In this document: piece by piece, positions 60,032-64,000 of the stretch
Numbering within the stretch: the first letter of the stretch is position 1
Layout of the letters: each line of letters starts with the position of its first letter
Origin: Thermoanaerobaculia bacterium
GTDB lineage: Bacteria; Acidobacteriota; Thermoanaerobaculia; UBA5066
Assembly: GCA_963816185.1 (NCBI GenBank)
Contig: CAWFJJ010000001.1
Location: 352,001-416,000, forward strand
Reading direction: 5' to 3'
DNA length: 64,000 nucleotides
The notes under the pieces: model-generated
What the model was told of the DNA's origin: nothing
The model's input: only the letters and a program-made list of their open reading frames with translations
Database searches by the model: none
Translations under genes and position numbers: made by a program

Positions 60032-60624
60032 GCGCGCCCAAGAAGACCCCGAAGTCGAGCCTCAAGCTGCTTCTCTTCGCGCTCGCGGGGACTCTGGGCC
60101 TCGGGGCGCTGTCCTATCTGCCGAAGGGATCCGAGACGCCCGCGACTCTCGCGGGAGCGCCCGCTTCCGGCCGCGCGCGGGCGGCGGGAAGCATCTCCGA
60201 CCCCGAGTCCGTGCCCGACCTGGCACGCGTCGCCGCCCGCGGCTCCGCCGAAGAGCGGGTCGGGCGGAACGTATTCCGGTTCTTCGAGTCGCCGACGCCG
60301 ACGCCCCGGCCGACGCCGATTCCGACGCCGACGCCGATCCTGCCGGGCAGCCCGCTCTATGTCGGCCCGATGCCGATCCAGCCGACACCCACTCCCACGC
60401 CCATCATTCCACCCGCCATTCCGTTCAAGGCCCTGGGCATTTTCGGGTCCCACGACGACCCGATCGTGTCGCTCGAACAGGGCGGCCGCATCATCAACGC
60501 CCGCGAGGGAGACACCGTAGACGGCCGTTTCATCATCCGGAAGATCAACCGCGAGTCCGTCGACTTCGCGTTCACCGGCCTCCCGCACGAGATCACAAGA
60601 CGTATTCCGGTCCCGCTTCCGTGA
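60028..60624 (+). CDS. PilP/GspC-like Pro-Thr-rich protein
   Basis: TM helix, RNVFRF, PT repeats and FKALGIFG...AREGDTVDGRF. Confidence 0.6.
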   Translation: MSAPKKTPKSSLKLLLFALAGTLGLGALSYLPKGSETPATLAGAPASGRARAAGSISDPESVPDLARVAARGSAEERVGRNVFRFFESPTPTPRPTPIPTPTPILPGSPLYVGPMPIQPTPTPTPIIPPAIPFKALGIFGSHDDPIVSLEQGGRIINAREGDTVDGRFIIRKINRESVDFAFTGLPHEITRRIPVPLP

Positions 60625-60646
60625 GGCGGGGGATCGAGGTTTTCAC

Positions 60647-63214
60647 ATGACGACGACACGAAACGGCCGAGCTTCCCGCCGCTTCCCGCGCCGACCGGGC
60701 GTCGCCGCCGCCCTGGTCCTCGCCCTTGCCGCTTCCGGCTGCGCGTCGTCGCGCGCCTACCGGGAGGGCGAGCGCGAAGAGCAGAGAAAGCACTGGGACA
60801 TCGCGGTCCTCGCTTACGAGAAGGCGCTTTCCATCAACCCCGCGGACTCGGCGGCCCGCATCGCCCTCCAGAGGGCGCGCTTTCAGGCGGCGCAGGCCCA
60901 CTTCGAGCGCGGGCGCCTGCACCGGTCCGCGGGGCAGATCGATCTCGCGGTCTCCGAGCTCGAGCTGTCGCTCGCGCTCGACCCGACGAACGACTCCGCC
61001 CAGCAGGAGCTGCGCAAGGCCAAGGCCGACGTCGAGGCTCGCAACCGCGAGATCGAGGGGGGGACTCCTGTCGAGCAGGCCAAGGCGAAGACACGCGGCA
61101 TGCGCGCGACGCCCCCGATGCTGAACCCCTCCTCGACGAAACCCATCGACGTCGCGTTCTCGACGGACACGGAGATCAAGAAGATCTACGCGGCCCTGGG
61201 GGCCGCGGCGGGCATCAACATCATCTACGACCCCCAGCTCAAGAACGACAAGTTCACGCTCGACCTGCGCGGGATGACGTTCCAGAAGGCCCTCGAGACG
61301 GCGATGCGCCAGGCCGGCCACTTCTACAAGGTCATCGACGAGAAGACGATCCTCATCGCGCAGGACACGCAGCAGAACCGCAAGGAGTACGAGGACCTCG
61401 TCATCCGGACGTTCTTCCTGTCGAACGGCGACGTGAAGGACGTATCGGCCATGGTGCGGTCGATCCTCGACCTGAGGCGCCTCGGCACGATCCCGGCGTT
61501 GAACGCCATCGTCATCCGCGACACGGCCGACAAGGTGGCCGTGGCCGAGCGCCTCATCGAGGAGAACGACAAGGCGAAGTCCGAGGTCGTCGTGGACGTC
61601 GAGCTCCTCCAGGTGAACACGGAAAAGATCCTGGATCTCGGCACCGTCCTGTCGTCGCGACAGCCGTTGACGGTGGCGACCGTCGTTCCGGGCGCCGGAG
61701 GCGGCGCCACGGCCGCTGCCACATCGCTCCCCTGGAACGCGATCAAGGCTCTCGGCATCAACGATTTCATGTTCACGATCCCGAGCGTCTCGTTCAACTT
61801 CGTCAAGGACAACACGGATGCCGAGGTGCTTGCGAAACCGCAGCTCCGCATCGCGGAAGGCGAAAAGGCCCAGCTCGTCATCGGCGATCGCATACCGATC
61901 CCCGTCACGACGATCAACACGCAGCAAGCCGTCGGCTCGACGGGCGTCGTTCCCATCACGTCCTTCCAGTATCAGGACGTCGGCATCAAGATCGACATGG
62001 AGCCGCGCGTGCACCATAACAAGGAGGTCTCGCTCAAGCTCACGATCGAGGTCTCCCAGCTGAACGGCTCAGTCACGGCGGGCGATGGGTCGAAGCAGCC
62101 GATCATCAGCACGCGCACGATCACGTCGTCGATCCGCCTGAAGGACGGCGAGACGAATTTCCTCGCGGGCCTCATTCGGAAGGACTCGCAAAAGACGAAG
62201 AGCACCGTCCCGTTCCTCGGCGACCTTCCGCTCATCGGCCAGCTCTTCACGCACACGTCGACGGACGACAGGCGCACGGATCTCTACCTCACGCTCACGC
62301 CTCACATCATCCGGTCCCCGCAGATTACGGAGGAGGACCTCGTCCCGATCTGGGTCGGCACGGAGAACAACGTCTCGTTCTCGGGCCTCAACACGCGCCT
62401 CGAGTCTCCGAACGCGCCGGGCTCACCGTTCGACGGTGGCCGGCCCCCTGTGCGCCCGCCGATACGGCCCGTGGGCACGCCTCCGGTCGTGAACCCGACG
62501 CTTCCCATCATCCAGGGCACACCGCCGAACGACCCGTTCCGCCGAACCCCCACGCCGGTCCCCTCGACGCCGCGGACCTCCAACGAGACCGCCGCGCCGG
62601 CGCCCCAGGCTGTCGTCGCGACTTCGAGCGCCGTGCCCGCGCCGACATCGCCGGCGCTCGCTGTCAATTCGGGCGCGGTGCCCGCGCCCGGGTCGCAAGC
62701 TCTCGCCGTCACCTCCCACCCCTCGCCCGCGCCGGTGGCTCTCGTCGCCAGCTCGGGCTCCGCGCCCGGGCCCGGCGTCACGACCCCGGCGGCGGGTCCC
62801 GTGCTTCACCTCGCGGCGACGTCCCCCCAGGTCACCCCGGGAGAGGTGTCCGTCGTGAACGTGACGGGTGACTCCGGCCTCGAGGCCCTCGGCGCGCTCG
62901 AGGTGACGGTCGAGTGGGATCCTGCCGTGGCCGAGATGACGGGCGTCGTGCCCGGCCCGTGGCGGAACGCCGCGGGCGCCGAGGCGATCCGCTTCGACTC
63001 GGATCGCACCCCCGGAAGGGCGCGCCTGCACTTCGCCCGGATCACCGGTTCGGCGGGCCTTCCCTCCGGCGTGCTCGCGAAGCTGGCCATGCGCGGGCTC
63101 AGCCCCGGAACCACGCTCATGCGCGCCACCGCCGGCTCGGCGGCGACACCGAGCGGGGCCGCGCCGGCGCCGCACGTCGAAGCGGCTTCTCTCACGGTGA
63201 AATCCGTCTCATGA
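60647..63214 (+). CDS. gspD: Secretin (GspD/PilQ family) with an N-terminal lipoprotein/TPR region and a C-terminal cohesin-like domain
   Basis: Lipobox LAASGC, TPR-like helices, secretin motifs FQYQDVG, LKDGET, VPFLGDLPLIGQLF and LTPHII, and a Pro-rich linker. Confidence 0.85.
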   Translation: MTTTRNGRASRRFPRRPGVAAALVLALAASGCASSRAYREGEREEQRKHWDIAVLAYEKALSINPADSAARIALQRARFQAAQAHFERGRLHRSAGQIDLAVSELELSLALDPTNDSAQQELRKAKADVEARNREIEGGTPVEQAKAKTRGMRATPPMLNPSSTKPIDVAFSTDTEIKKIYAALGAAAGINIIYDPQLKNDKFTLDLRGMTFQKALETAMRQAGHFYKVIDEKTILIAQDTQQNRKEYEDLVIRTFFLSNGDVKDVSAMVRSILDLRRLGTIPALNAIVIRDTADKVAVAERLIEENDKAKSEVVVDVELLQVNTEKILDLGTVLSSRQPLTVATVVPGAGGGATAAATSLPWNAIKALGINDFMFTIPSVSFNFVKDNTDAEVLAKPQLRIAEGEKAQLVIGDRIPIPVTTINTQQAVGSTGVVPITSFQYQDVGIKIDMEPRVHHNKEVSLKLTIEVSQLNGSVTAGDGSKQPIISTRTITSSIRLKDGETNFLAGLIRKDSQKTKSTVPFLGDLPLIGQLFTHTSTDDRRTDLYLTLTPHIIRSPQITEEDLVPIWVGTENNVSFSGLNTRLESPNAPGSPFDGGRPPVRPPIRPVGTPPVVNPTLPIIQGTPPNDPFRRTPTPVPSTPRTSNETAAPAPQAVVATSSAVPAPTSPALAVNSGAVPAPGSQALAVTSHPSPAPVALVASSGSAPGPGVTTPAAGPVLHLAATSPQVTPGEVSVVNVTGDSGLEALGALEVTVEWDPAVAEMTGVVPGPWRNAAGAEAIRFDSDRTPGRARLHFARITGSAGLPSGVLAKLAMRGLSPGTTLMRATAGSAATPSGAAPAPHVEAASLTVKSVS

Positions 63215-63678
63215 TCCTGTCCCGAAGGCCGAGGCGCGGTTTTTCTCTCGTCGAGCTCGTCGTCGTGTGCGCCTGCATCCTCATCCTCACGGCGATGATC
63301 GTCCCCATCACGCGCTTCGGCGTCGTTCGGCAGAAAGAGATGGAGCTGCGCGAGGCGCTGCGTTCGATGCGCAGCGCAATCGACGACTACAAGCGTCTCT
63401 CGGATCAGGGCCTCATCCCGGTGGACCTCGACACCGAGGGCTATCCGAAATCGCTCGAGAAGCTCGTGGAAGGCGTCGACCTCGTAGGCCAGATCAAGAA
63501 GAAGAAGAAGTTTCTCAGGAAGATCCCGATCGATCCGATGACGGGCAAAGCGGAATGGGGGCTGAGGAGCTATCAGGACGAGCCGGACTCGACCTCGTGG
63601 GGCCGGCAGAACGTCTACGACGTGTATTCTTTGTCGCCGCTCACGGGACTCGACAAGACGAAGTACAAGGACTGGTGA
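63211..63678 (+). CDS. Pseudopilin (GspG-like)
   Basis: Prepilin motif G|FSLVEL and FLRKIPIDPMTG. Confidence 0.9.
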   Translation: MILSRRPRRGFSLVELVVVCACILILTAMIVPITRFGVVRQKEMELREALRSMRSAIDDYKRLSDQGLIPVDLDTEGYPKSLEKLVEGVDLVGQIKKKKKFLRKIPIDPMTGKAEWGLRSYQDEPDSTSWGRQNVYDVYSLSPLTGLDKTKYKDW

Positions 63679-64000
63679 TGCGTAGAACCCGTGGCTCGTC
63701 CGCTGGCTTCACTCTCGTCGAGCTTCTCGTCGTCATGGCGATTCTGGGCATTCTCGTGGCCATTGCGGTCCCGCAGCTCCAGAAGGCGCCGATCCGCGCG
63801 AAGGAGGCCGCGCTGCGCGAGGACCTCTTCACGTTCCGTTCGTGCCTGGATCAGTTCTACGCGGACAAAGGCCACTATCCGGACACGCTCCAGACCCTCG
63901 TCACGGAGAAGTACATCCGCAAGATCCCGATCGATCCGTTCACGAAATCGGCGGACACGTGGCAGGTCACCATGGAGGAGCCCGACTCGTCGGACACGGC
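63678..64000 (+). CDS. Second pseudopilin (GspG-like), truncated by the window end
   Basis: Manual translation gives MRRTRGSSAG|FTLVELLVVMAILG...YIRKIPIDPFT. Confidence 0.9.
   Translation, partial: MRRTRGSSAGFTLVELLVVMAILGILVAIAVPQLQKAPIRAKEAALREDLFTFRSCLDQFYADKGHYPDTLQTLVTEKYIRKIPIDPFTKSADTWQVTMEEPDSSDT

Overview
High-GC, LPS-producing (diderm) bacterial chromosome segment. The gene content suggests Acidobacteriota, probably Thermoanaerobaculia, but this is inference. In order, the window holds: (1) at 1-5.4 kb, three small Cys/His-containing ORFs that look like ribosome-stalling leader peptides, placed in front of a secreted PA-domain metalloprotease operon, a Cys-rich outer-membrane barrel plus TlpA operon, and a gene beyond the window edge; (2) peptidases, an O-methyltransferase and a nitronate-monooxygenase-like flavoprotein; (3) an ECF sigma/anti-sigma/DUF4097 operon; (4) moeA, FabF, a methyltransferase and an FAD oxidoreductase; (5) two tandem large secreted paralogs with a VapBC module between them; (6) a type IVa pilus pilB-pilT-pilC-pilS-pilR operon split by an insert carrying malate synthase, an FAD/Fe-S dehydrogenase and vapBC; (7) lipid A/core genes; (8) an ECF sigma followed by a type II secretion-like operon that runs off the window. 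The most notable unexplained signals are the leader-peptide cluster with SD-masking hairpins, a covarying palindromic element present once between genes and once in-frame inside a protein, and a C-terminal domain shared by three secreted proteins. Several genes at 10.7-21.3 kb and 30.2-31.4 kb are frameshifted, most likely through assembly errors. No rRNA, tRNA, CRISPR array or transposase was seen.
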